The notes: a model not told the origin generated them from the letters alone. 33,456 nucleotides of DNA from a virus (IMGVR_UViG_3300006167_000001), one strand, 5' to 3'. Positions 1 to 8,790 are shown, counted from the first letter of the stretch. A program made the numbers and translations.

Positions 1-45
1 CTTTGAAAATTCTCCGGGGGATATTTTTTGAAAATTGTTTTGGTC

Positions 46-224
46 TGGGGCGGCATTTGAACGAGCCCACAAGGCGAATATTGGTCGGCGAGTCCCTTTT
101 TAGCTGTTTCTTGCTTTCGTCGGAGACACCTCCTCTCCTATTCACCAAAGCGCGAAAGTTTGAAATGGCTTTTTCTCCCTCGCCGGCGGATTCGTTTATG
201 CGGGCTCCTTCAAATGTCGCCCTA
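46..224 (+). ncRNA. Candidate structured leader RNA (long imperfect rod hairpin) upstream of the packaging operon
   Basis: Manual pairing: 46-61/209-224, 63-68/202-207, 74-79/190-195, 84-92/179-187, 102-110/162-170, 113-120/152-159, and 122-126/134-138 closing loop CACCTCC. Several pairs are G-U. No credible CDS covers the region. Confidence 0.55.
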
Positions 225-291
225 AACCATTTCAAAACCTACAGCATTCCCACAGTATTCATTGCAAAACTAACCGAGAGGAGGTGGCAAG

Positions 292-639
292 GTGGCGAAA
301 GCTGTAAAACCGTCTGGAACGACAAAGTCCCGCACCCCTCTAACCCCGGAAGCAAGAGAAAATCAGATGATATCTTTGGCCATGGACCTTGCCGAACAGC
401 AGTTGCGAGATGGAACTGCCTCTTCTCAGCTCATTACCGAGTTTGTCAAGCGTGGCTCTACAAAGGCCAGGATCGAGAAAGAGCTTTTGGAGAAGCAACG
501 AGATCTTGCAGCGGCAAAGGCCGAGTCCATTAAAGCCGCGGATCGTCTTGAGGAACTTCTGGATAAAGCCATGAAAGCCATGGGCAGGTATCGAGGAGAG
601 GCTGTGGATGATGAGGAGGAGTTTGATGACGGATATTAG
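292..639 (+). CDS. Putative terminase small subunit / conserved first late gene (115 aa)
   Basis: GTG start with RBS GAGAGGAGGTG (276-286). Helical, charged protein with an acidic tail, upstream of HNH and TerL. Function inferred from position only. Confidence 0.45.
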   Translation: MAKAVKPSGTTKSRTPLTPEARENQMISLAMDLAEQQLRDGTASSQLITEFVKRGSTKARIEKELLEKQRDLAAAKAESIKAADRLEELLDKAMKAMGRYRGEAVDDEEEFDDGY

Positions 640-1045
640 ATGCTATTCGGAATTGATGCTCCTCCCAACTTATCAGGCCCGGTACGAGTATCTGCGTCTG
701 AAAGGAGCGGTCGGAAAAGAAACCTTTGGCTTTGACCGTTATATGAACCAGTTCTTTTATCGTTCGCCTGAATGGCGACGTATTCGAGATCTGGTCATCA
801 CAAGAGACGAAGGTTGCGATCTTGGCATTCAAGGCCGAGAGATATTTGGCCGCATTATCATCCACCACATGAACCCCATCCGGCCTGAAGACATTCACAA
901 TCGGAGTGAGCTTCTTCTTAATCCGAAGTATCTCATCACCACAGTTCATGGAACTCATCTCGCAATACATTATGGCGACGAACATCTACTCCTACAAGAG
1001 CCGATTGAGCGCCGACCGAATGACACATGTCCGTGGAAGAGGTAA
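626..1045 (+). CDS. HNH endonuclease (packaging-associated type)
   Basis: Start moved to ATG 626 (RBS GAGGAGGAG 613-621). Motifs RDEGCDLG...IHHMNPI...HGTHLAIH. HNH genes next to terminase genes are typical of cos-type phages. Confidence 0.75.
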   Translation: MTDIRCYSELMLLPTYQARYEYLRLKGAVGKETFGFDRYMNQFFYRSPEWRRIRDLVITRDEGCDLGIQGREIFGRIIIHHMNPIRPEDIHNRSELLLNPKYLITTVHGTHLAIHYGDEHLLLQEPIERRPNDTCPWKR

Positions 1046-1125
1046 CGAAAAGTTTCGCACTCTAAACTGAATTTTTCTCTTTTTGTCCATTCGGCTGTAT
1101 TACATCATGAAGGAGGAAACCAAAA

Positions 1126-1503
1126 ATGCAAAACAACGCTCAGAGTCATCGCGATCAGATTGACCCGAAAGTCGGAATGGCTCGCGAGGAGCCTAATGCC
1201 CGCCCCAACAGTCGAGGCCTTCGCGCCGAGTGTCATCCGGTCGATGATGCTGCCCCCATCGAAGCGAAACAGGAGCTGATCTCTGCAACAAAGAAAGCAA
1301 CGATTTCCGGCGTGGTCACCGACTGCGTAAAGCTCAATGTTCGCAAAGAGCCGAGCCCCGACGCCGAGGTCGTCGCTGTCATCGAACTCCTGTCTGAAGT
1401 TGCGGTTGACATGGACGCCTCCTCCGAGGGCTTTTACAAGATCTGCACTGCGGCCGGTATTGAGGGCTACTGCATGAAGAAGTACATCGCCCTTCCGCGA
1501 TAG
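1126..1503 (+). CDS. Protein with C-terminal bacterial SH3 (SH3b) domain
   Basis: RBS AAGGAGG. C-terminus VVTDCVKLNVRKEPSPDAEVVAVI...FYKICTAAGIEGYCMKKYI matches the SH3b pattern (LNVR.. P...a.vv..l...W/F..v......GY). Confidence 0.7.
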   Translation: MQNNAQSHRDQIDPKVGMAREEPNARPNSRGLRAECHPVDDAAPIEAKQELISATKKATISGVVTDCVKLNVRKEPSPDAEVVAVIELLSEVAVDMDASSEGFYKICTAAGIEGYCMKKYIALPR

Positions 1504-1513
1504 GGAGGGTGCT

Positions 1514-1861
1514 ATGGAGATCACTGAAAGCATCCTGACCTCTATCAAGAAGCTGTTGGGCATTGATGCGGAGTATAAACACTTTGATCCCGATCTCATC
1601 ATGCACATCAATAGTGTGTTTTCGATTCTGACACAGATGGGTGTCGGCCCGCCTGATGGTTTCTCCATTACCGGCGACAGCGAGAAGTGGGAAGCTTTCA
1701 TTGCGAAAGAACCCAACAAATTTTCGCTTGTAAAATCCTATATGCATCTCAAGGTTAAGCTGCTGTTCGATCCGCCGCTCGGCTCCGCTGTTATCGAGTC
1801 TATCAATAGACAGATCAGAGAGTTTGAGTGGCGTCTTGTCGTTGCGGCCGATCCCGTTTGA
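1514..1861 (+). CDS. Conserved phage structural protein, possible head-tail connector
   Basis: RBS GGGAGGG. 115-aa helical protein starting SILTSIKKLLGI, resembling connector-type N-termini. Function inferred. Confidence 0.4.
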   Translation: MEITESILTSIKKLLGIDAEYKHFDPDLIMHINSVFSILTQMGVGPPDGFSITGDSEKWEAFIAKEPNKFSLVKSYMHLKVKLLFDPPLGSAVIESINRQIREFEWRLVVAADPV

Positions 1862-1890
1862 TGAATCAGGCGGAAAGGAGGAAACTCAAA

Positions 1891-2397
1891 ATGGAATTAT
1901 TCCACCACGGTATCAAAGGTCAGAAGTGGGGCGTCCGCCGTTACCAGAATGCCGATGGGTCGCTGACGGCCGAAGGGCAGAAGCGGTATGAGCGGGATGT
2001 TCGTGAGAACAACGCCAAGAAAAAGGACAATCGGGCTATCATTGACGGCCCCGACCCGAAGCGTTGGGCTGCCGAAGATTTGGATCGTTCCAAGCAGGTT
2101 GTGGACGCCCACGCCGATCTTGTGAAAGAGCTGAAAAAGCTTGAACAGACAACGGCTCCGAAGTCCACACCCACGAGGCTCGATTTGTCCAAGATGAGCG
2201 ACAAGGAACTCCGGGATCAGATTAACCGGGAGCTTCTGGAGCAGCAGTACAATAAGCTGTTCGCCGATACTTCGGCAGCACAGGTCTCCAAAGGGCGGGT
2301 TCTTTTACAGGACACTCTCGATGTGGCCGGAAGTCTTCTGGCTATTACCGGTTCGGCGCTGAGTATTGCCCTGGCCATCAAGAAACTGAAGGATTAG
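1891..2397 (+). CDS. HHG-leader protein 1 (MELFHHGIKGQKWGVRRYQNADG...), with hydrophobic C-terminus
   Basis: Start at ATG 1891 (RBS GAAAGGAGG 1873-1881). Leader shared with 2410 and 5070. Ends AGSLLAITGSALSIALAIKKLKD. Confidence 0.75.
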   Translation: MELFHHGIKGQKWGVRRYQNADGSLTAEGQKRYERDVRENNAKKKDNRAIIDGPDPKRWAAEDLDRSKQVVDAHADLVKELKKLEQTTAPKSTPTRLDLSKMSDKELRDQINRELLEQQYNKLFADTSAAQVSKGRVLLQDTLDVAGSLLAITGSALSIALAIKKLKD

Positions 2398-2409
2398 GAG
2401 GGAGCTGAT

Positions 2410-3294
2410 ATGGAACTGTCCCATCACGGTATCCTGAATCAAAAATGGGGCGTGCGACATGGGCCCCCTTATCCTTTGGGCGGCGGGGATTACAGTGCTG
2501 CCCAGAGAAAAGCCATTCGGAACAAGCGGAAATCTGGAAACAGCATTTACAACAAACGGCATTTCGATGAGGTGTTGAAAGCTGATAAAACCACTTTGAG
2601 CACCTTATCGTATGACCGGGATCGAACCAAGAACACCGATATGTTCTATGCAACCCACAACGTCCTCGACAAGCATCAGTATAACGCTTTGTTCAACCGC
2701 CCAATTCCTCAGACCATTTACGATGAGAATGGGAATGCGATCGGCACTGGAAACTTCATGAAGTACCGGATCGACAACTCTCTTAAGAAGGACATCAAAG
2801 TTGCCAGTGAGGATTCCGGCGCTGAAGTGTTTAGGGAGCTGTTCAAGAAAGACCGAGACTTTTACAACTTCGTCATGGACGAGGAACGGATGCAGAGCTA
2901 CTTTGTAAGCGACAAATACAAGTTCAAAGGTTACAGAGAAGTTCGTCAGGTCCTTGAAAAGATGAAGAGCGGCGACTACACTCCTACGGCGGATGAACTT
3001 CAGGTGGTATATCGGATGTTCAACTATGTCATCCCTTACGACGGTGCTGGTGATGCCCGTAAAGGAAAAGACGTGACGACCCAGCGGACTAAGTTCTTCA
3101 AGGCGCTCAAGGAAGCTGGATATGGGGCAGTCCTCGATACGAATGATGCCATTTATGGCGGGTTCAAGGCCAAGTCCCCGGTCATCGTGTTTGACATGGA
3201 GCAGGTCGTACCGAAAGACGTCTACCGTACGAAGATGATCGATCAGAAATTCTCGGATCTCGTGCTTGTCGGCAGAAAGATACTCGGGCAGTAA
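2410..3294 (+). CDS. HHG-leader protein 2 (MELSHHGILNQKWGVR...), with a globular, possibly ADP-ribosyltransferase-like C-terminal domain
   Basis: RBS AGGAGGGAG. Shares the leader. C-terminal ALKEAGYGAVLDTND...SPVIVFD resembles the GYD...vvF ending of ART-like folds (weak). Confidence 0.7.
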   Translation: MELSHHGILNQKWGVRHGPPYPLGGGDYSAAQRKAIRNKRKSGNSIYNKRHFDEVLKADKTTLSTLSYDRDRTKNTDMFYATHNVLDKHQYNALFNRPIPQTIYDENGNAIGTGNFMKYRIDNSLKKDIKVASEDSGAEVFRELFKKDRDFYNFVMDEERMQSYFVSDKYKFKGYREVRQVLEKMKSGDYTPTADELQVVYRMFNYVIPYDGAGDARKGKDVTTQRTKFFKALKEAGYGAVLDTNDAIYGGFKAKSPVIVFDMEQVVPKDVYRTKMIDQKFSDLVLVGRKILGQ

Positions 3295-3305
3295 GGGGTG
3301 AGCGG

Positions 3306-5054
3306 ATGCTGTCAAACACTGCTGTCCCCAAATATTACGGTGCTTTTCGAGACGCAGTAATCAGGGGCGAAATACCCGTGTGCAGAGAGATCGACTTGGA
3401 AATGCATCGGATTGACGATTTGATTGACGATCCGATGTATTACTACGATGATAGAGCGGTTGATGGTTGGGTTGAATTCTGTGAAAATGAATTGACACTG
3501 ACTGACGGCTCCGACTTGCACATGTTGGATAGTTTCAAGCTCTGGGGCGAGCAGGTGTTTGGTTGGTATTACTTCGAGACACGCTCCATTTACGTTCCGA
3601 ACAGGGACGGGCATGGCGGACGATATGTCAACAAGAAAATCAAGAAACGACTGGTGAATAAGCAATATCTGATCGTAGGAAGAGGTGCTGCGAAATCGCT
3701 GTACGATTCCTGCATTCAGGCGTATTCGCTGGTTGTCGATGGGTCTACTACCCATCAGATCACCACAGCCCCGACGATGAAACAGGCGGAGGAGATCATT
3801 AACCCGATCAAGACCGCTATTACACGAGCCCGAGGACCGGTCATCCAGTTCATGACGGAAGGTTCGATTCAGAACACGACCGGAAACCTTATGAATCGCG
3901 TCAAGCTGGCATCCACGAAGAAAGGGATCGAAAACTTCATTTCAGGTTCTCTGATTGAGGTTCGCCCCATGTCTGTGGACAAGCTACAGGGATTGCGCTG
4001 TAAGGTGGCCACCGTAGATGAGTGGCTTTCCTCTGCCGATGCCCGAGAAGACGTCATTGGCGCTATCGAACAGGGTGCATCCAAGTTGGATGATTATCTG
4101 ATCGTTGCCACAAGCTCCGAAGGCACTGTCCGAAACGGAGCGGGAGACACTATCAAAATGGAGTTGATGAACATCCTTCAGGGTGTTGGCAGGCCGATGC
4201 CTCAGGTATCTATCTGGTGGTATAAGCTGGACTCCGTGGATGAGGTTGCCTACCCGGACATGTGGGCGAAGGCTAATCCCAATATTGGAAAGACCGTATT
4301 CTACGATACCTATCAGAAAGATGTAGACAGAGCTGAGACTGCTCCATCTACAAGAAACGATATGCTGGCGAAAAGGTTCGGCCTCCCGATGGAAGGCTAC
4401 ACCTACTATTTCACCTATGAGGAAACGCTTCCCCATCGCCGGCAGAAGTTTTGGCAGATGCCGTGTTCCCTTGGCTGTGACCTTTCACAGGGAGATGACT
4501 TCTGTTCTTTCACATTTTTATTCCCGCTGCGAGGTGGATCGTTTGGCGTAAAAACACGAAACTACATCACCTCGCTGACCCTTAACAAGCTCCCTGCTGC
4601 TATGCGCCTCAAGTATGAGGATTTCATGGCGGAAGGGAGTCTTATTGTTATGGAGGGAACTGTCCTTGATTTGATGCAGGTCTACGAGGATCTGGATGAC
4701 CACATCATTAACCTCGGCTACGATGTTCGTTGCCTCGGCTATGACCCTTACAACGCAAAGGAATTTGTGGAGCGATGGGCATCCGAGAACGGGCCGTATG
4801 GAATAGAGAAGGTCATCCAGGGAGCGAAGACGGAGTCGGTTCCTCTTGGAGAACTGAAGAAACTTTCGGAAGAGCGTATGCTTATCTTCGATGAAGATCT
4901 GATGACTTTCGCCATGGGAAACTGCATAACAATTCAGGACAATAACGGAAACAGGAAGCTGATGAAGAAGCGGTCTGAGCAGAAGATTGACGCTGTTGCG
5001 GCCATGATGGATGCCTATATCGCTTATCGGCATAATCCTGAAGCATTTGAATAG
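3306..5054 (+). CDS. terL: Terminase large subunit
   Basis: Walker A VGRGAAKS, Walker B VATVDEW, RNase-H-like nuclease motifs LGCDLSQGDD and KIDAVAAMMDA; 582 aa. Confidence 0.95.
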   Translation: MLSNTAVPKYYGAFRDAVIRGEIPVCREIDLEMHRIDDLIDDPMYYYDDRAVDGWVEFCENELTLTDGSDLHMLDSFKLWGEQVFGWYYFETRSIYVPNRDGHGGRYVNKKIKKRLVNKQYLIVGRGAAKSLYDSCIQAYSLVVDGSTTHQITTAPTMKQAEEIINPIKTAITRARGPVIQFMTEGSIQNTTGNLMNRVKLASTKKGIENFISGSLIEVRPMSVDKLQGLRCKVATVDEWLSSADAREDVIGAIEQGASKLDDYLIVATSSEGTVRNGAGDTIKMELMNILQGVGRPMPQVSIWWYKLDSVDEVAYPDMWAKANPNIGKTVFYDTYQKDVDRAETAPSTRNDMLAKRFGLPMEGYTYYFTYEETLPHRRQKFWQMPCSLGCDLSQGDDFCSFTFLFPLRGGSFGVKTRNYITSLTLNKLPAAMRLKYEDFMAEGSLIVMEGTVLDLMQVYEDLDDHIINLGYDVRCLGYDPYNAKEFVERWASENGPYGIEKVIQGAKTESVPLGELKKLSEERMLIFDEDLMTFAMGNCITIQDNNGNRKLMKKRSEQKIDAVAAMMDAYIAYRHNPEAFE

Positions 5055-5069
5055 GAAGGAGGAACCGTT

Positions 5070-5642
5070 TTGGATCATCGTAATAAGCCCCCGCCTCAGT
5101 CGTATTTGGCTCATCACGGCATCAAAGGCCAAAGATGGGGTGTCCGCCGTTACCAGAACGCGGATGGAACCTGGACCAAGGCTGGAAAGGAACGTTATGG
5201 CGATTCCGATGATGGAGGCGAGGAACGAAAAGCCTTCAGCAGTACCAAGAAGAAAGTGGCCATCGGTGTTGCGACTGGCGCAGCTGTTATCGCTGGCACA
5301 GTTCTGACGGCCTACCTTGTCAAGAAGCATGGAGCGAAGAGCGTCGCCGATATTGTGGATAAAGCTCCTGCCGGAAAGGAAATTCTTCAGGATTTGCTCA
5401 AATCTACTCCCGTGGCGACAACTCCTGTAAGTCAAATCCCGACACCGAAAGTAGAGCCCAAACAAGTTCTGGAAAAGGTTGTTAAGAGCGCTTCCACCAC
5501 AGCTGCTCCGGTCAGCCAAATTTCAGCACCACGAGTTAGCGTAAGCAAACCATCTTCGGAGATTCCGCCTGCCTACAGCTTTGAATCGCTGATACGGCAG
5601 AACGATGACCTCCTTAAAAAGATGCTTGCTGAGTTGGCTTGA
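5070..5642 (+). CDS. HHG-leader protein 3 (YLAHHGIKGQRWGVRRYQNADG...), with a TM-like segment and Pro/Thr/Ser-rich linker
   Basis: TTG start with RBS GGAAGGAGG (5054-5062). Hydrophobic VAIGVATGAAVIAGTVLTAYLV. Lies between terL and portal. Confidence 0.75.
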   Translation: MDHRNKPPPQSYLAHHGIKGQRWGVRRYQNADGTWTKAGKERYGDSDDGGEERKAFSSTKKKVAIGVATGAAVIAGTVLTAYLVKKHGAKSVADIVDKAPAGKEILQDLLKSTPVATTPVSQIPTPKVEPKQVLEKVVKSASTTAAPVSQISAPRVSVSKPSSEIPPAYSFESLIRQNDDLLKKMLAELA

Positions 5643-5661
5643 GGGAGGTGATGGTTACTGA

Positions 5662-6906
5662 ATGGAAATGTCATTGGGAGCTCGACTGAAACATGCTTGG
5701 AATGTGTTTACGGCGAAGGAGACTGTTGGTGGCCGTTGGGATATTGGCCCCAGCAACTATTATCGTCCGGACCGTCCCATATTCAGTCGGGGAAATGAGC
5801 GCTCCATCATCACATCCGTTTATAACCGAATCGCATTGGACGTAGCGGCAATCACCATCCAGCATGTTCGTTTGGATGATGAAGGCCGCTTTACTTCTGT
5901 TATGGACAGCAGCTTGAACGACTGCCTTTCTCTGGAGGCCAACATTGACCAGACAGGACGGGCTTTTATTCAGGACGTTGTCCAATCCATGCTGGATGAA
6001 GGCTGTGTTGCCATCGTTCCTGTCGACACAGACCTCGATCCGAAAAGCGGGTCATACAAGATCGAAACAATGCGAACCGGAAAAATCCTGGAGTGGTATC
6101 CGCAGCACGTTAAAGTTCGTGTCTACAACGAGCGCACGGGCAGGAAGGAAGATGTTTTGGTGCCGAAACGCACCGTGGCCAGTGTGGAGAATCCCTTCTA
6201 TGCCGTCATGAACGAACCCAACTCCACAATGCAGAGGTTGATTCGGAAGCTCAACATTCTGGACGCTATCGATGAACAGAGCGGTTCTGGAAAACTCAAC
6301 CTGATTATTCAGCTCCCTTACGTCATCAAGACGGAAGCGAGGCGTCAACAGGCGGAAAAGCGCCGTAAAGATATCGAGGAACAGCTATCCGGTTCCAAGT
6401 ATGGTGTGGCATACACTGATGGAACGGAGCATGTGGTTCAGCTGAACCGACCCGTCGACAACAACCTCATGAGCCAGATCGAATTCCTGACGAGTATGCT
6501 TTACAGCCAGTTGGGATTGACCCAGAGCATCATGGATGGTACCGCCGACGACAAGACGATGCTGAACTATCTGACCCGAACCGTCGAGCCGATTCTTTCC
6601 GCCATCGTTGACGAGATGAAGAGGAAGTTCCTCACCAAGACCGCTCGGTCACAGAAGCAGTCGATCCTGTTCTTCAGAGATCCGTTTAAGCTGGTTCCCG
6701 TGGGCGAATTTGCTGAAATTGCCGACAAGATGACCCGTAATGAGGTCATGACCTCGAATGAGATCCGGCAGAAGATTGGCATGACGCCGTCGAAGGACCC
6801 GAATGCGGACAAGCTCCGGAACAGCAACCTGAGTGCTCCCAAAGAGGAATCGACCGAACAAAACAAACCAAAGGAGGACGAAGTTCAAAATGGATCTGAA
6901 GTATGA
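5662..6906 (+). CDS. Portal protein
   Basis: 414 aa, downstream of terL and upstream of protease-capsid. HK97-like portal features (VYNRIALDVAAITIQHV; LYSQLGLTQSIMDG; TVEPILSAIVDEMKRKFL). Confidence 0.9.
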   Translation: MEMSLGARLKHAWNVFTAKETVGGRWDIGPSNYYRPDRPIFSRGNERSIITSVYNRIALDVAAITIQHVRLDDEGRFTSVMDSSLNDCLSLEANIDQTGRAFIQDVVQSMLDEGCVAIVPVDTDLDPKSGSYKIETMRTGKILEWYPQHVKVRVYNERTGRKEDVLVPKRTVASVENPFYAVMNEPNSTMQRLIRKLNILDAIDEQSGSGKLNLIIQLPYVIKTEARRQQAEKRRKDIEEQLSGSKYGVAYTDGTEHVVQLNRPVDNNLMSQIEFLTSMLYSQLGLTQSIMDGTADDKTMLNYLTRTVEPILSAIVDEMKRKFLTKTARSQKQSILFFRDPFKLVPVGEFAEIADKMTRNEVMTSNEIRQKIGMTPSKDPNADKLRNSNLSAPKEESTEQNKPKEDEVQNGSEV

Positions 6907-8767
6907 CTTTAGTGGCTGGGCAACCCGAAACGATCTTGTCTGCGCCGACGGACGGACTATCCGGAAAGGCGCTTTCAAGCATTGCGATGGGATGTCGGTT
7001 CCCATTGTCTGGAACCATCAGCACGACGATGTTGACAACATCCTGGGCCACGCCATTCTCGAAGAGCGCAAGGATGGCATGTACGCCTATTGCTTCCTGA
7101 ATGAGACGGAAAGCGGTAAGGCGGCCAAGCAGATCGTGCAGCACGGCGATGTTCATATGCTGTCTATTTACGCCAATGGCCTGAAGCAGGTCCCCAACGG
7201 CAACGGCAAAGATGTCGTTCACGGGGACATTCGCGAAGTCAGTCTCGTTGTCGGCGGTGCGAATCCCGGCGCGTTTATCGACTTCGTTGATCTGGCCCAC
7301 GGCGATGGCGCTGAACAGGAGGTCATCATTGGAACCGGCGAGGCTCCCAGCCTTTACCATTCCAGTGAGAAGCCTCCTCTTATTACGCCCAAATCTGGTG
7401 AGAAGCCGAAAGAGGACCCGAAACCCACTGAGGAGCCCAAGGAAGACCCGAAGCCCGAGGATAAGCCCAAAGAGGGCGAGACCGTTCAGGACGTTGTGGA
7501 CAGCATGACCGAGAAGCAGCGGACTGTTATGTACGCTCTTATCGCTGCCACCGCGGAAGAGCTGGGCAAGGGTTCCAACAGCGGCTCTGACAAATCTGAC
7601 AAAACCAAAGGAGGAGACAACACCATGAAGCATAACGTTTTCGACCGGGAAGAGACCAAGGACACCGTTCTGTGTCATGCCGCCCAGGGTGAGATCCTGG
7701 CCCTGGCCAAGCAGAACAGCGTCGGCACTTTCCAGAATGCTCTCGGAATCTATCTGGAGCAGAATGAGGAGCTGGCCCACGGCATCGACAACATCGAGGC
7801 GCTGTTCCCCGAGTTCAAGGATGTGCGTCCTGGCGCTCCCGAACTGGTCACCCGCGACCAGGGCTGGGTCACCGTCGTCATGAACAAGGTTCACAAGCAG
7901 CCCTTCAGCCGTATCCGCACCCGCCAGATGGACGCCCGTAATGACAGCATCCGTTCTCATGGCTATAAGAAGGGCGACAAGAAGACCGCCTCCGGCAACA
8001 TGAGCCTGGTGGCCCGGACTACCGATCCTCAGACGATCTATCGTACTGAGCCTCTTAACCGGGACGACATTCTCGACATTACCGACTTCGACGTGGTCGA
8101 GTACCAGTACGGCGAGATGAAGCTGAACCTCAAGGAGGAGGTTGCTGTCTCCATCATGGTCGGCGACGGCCGCGACCCTGGCGATCAGCACAAGATCTCT
8201 GAGGATCACATTCGCTCCATCTGGAACGACAAGGAAATCTACACCATCCATAAGGATGTGGACCTTGAGGCAGCCAAGAAGGAGCTTCAGGGCACCAATA
8301 CCGGCGCGAACTTCGGAGACAAATACGTCTACTCTGAGGCTGTCATTGAGGCGGCGCTGTACGCTCGTGAGGGATACAAGGGCACCGGCATCCCCGATTT
8401 CTACTGCACCCCTCACAACCTGAACACCATGCTGCTGGCCCGTGACCGCAACGGCCGTAAGCTCTACAACGGCAAGGCCGATATCATCACGGCTCTGAAC
8501 GTGAAGGACATCTACACTGCGGAGCAGTTTGATGGTCTGATTCGTACTGATGACTCCGGTAAGGGTCACGAGCTGATCGGCATCTTTGTCAACCTGGAGG
8601 ACTACACGGTAGGCTGCGCCAAGGGCGGAGAGATCACCCGGTTTGAGCAGTTCGATATCGACTTCAACCAGAACAAGCAGATGATCGAGACCCGGCTCTC
8701 CGGCGCTCTGACCAGGATTGCCAGCGCCATTGTCCTGGAGATGCCTGTTTCCGAAGAGGCCGCCTGA
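6890..8767 (+). CDS. Prohead protease-major capsid protein fusion (625 aa)
   Basis: Start at ATG 6890 (RBS AAGGAGG). N-terminal HK97-type protease (FSGWA...GAF...VPIVWNHQH...LSIYA...EVSLV...ANPGA), then a Lys/Glu/Pro linker, then an HK97-fold capsid C-terminus (FEQFDIDFNQNKQMIETRLSGAL). Confidence 0.88.
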   Translation: MDLKYDFSGWATRNDLVCADGRTIRKGAFKHCDGMSVPIVWNHQHDDVDNILGHAILEERKDGMYAYCFLNETESGKAAKQIVQHGDVHMLSIYANGLKQVPNGNGKDVVHGDIREVSLVVGGANPGAFIDFVDLAHGDGAEQEVIIGTGEAPSLYHSSEKPPLITPKSGEKPKEDPKPTEEPKEDPKPEDKPKEGETVQDVVDSMTEKQRTVMYALIAATAEELGKGSNSGSDKSDKTKGGDNTMKHNVFDREETKDTVLCHAAQGEILALAKQNSVGTFQNALGIYLEQNEELAHGIDNIEALFPEFKDVRPGAPELVTRDQGWVTVVMNKVHKQPFSRIRTRQMDARNDSIRSHGYKKGDKKTASGNMSLVARTTDPQTIYRTEPLNRDDILDITDFDVVEYQYGEMKLNLKEEVAVSIMVGDGRDPGDQHKISEDHIRSIWNDKEIYTIHKDVDLEAAKKELQGTNTGANFGDKYVYSEAVIEAALYAREGYKGTGIPDFYCTPHNLNTMLLARDRNGRKLYNGKADIITALNVKDIYTAEQFDGLIRTDDSGKGHELIGIFVNLEDYTVGCAKGGEITRFEQFDIDFNQNKQMIETRLSGALTRIASAIVLEMPVSEEAA

Positions 8768-8790
8768 GCTCCTGGAGGTGAAAATTCAAA

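Noticed and set aside
3-533. 176-aa ORF at the window start
   Set aside because: No RBS; it overlaps the structured leader and gene 292 in another frame, and the translation looks non-protein-like.
6746-8569. 607-aa minus-strand ORF (also 17661-19277, 9395-10501, 25649-26830, 4518-5519 and other long antisense ORFs)
   Set aside because: Shadow frames of GC3-biased + strand genes: no RBS, no recognisable domains, fully overlapping well-supported genes.
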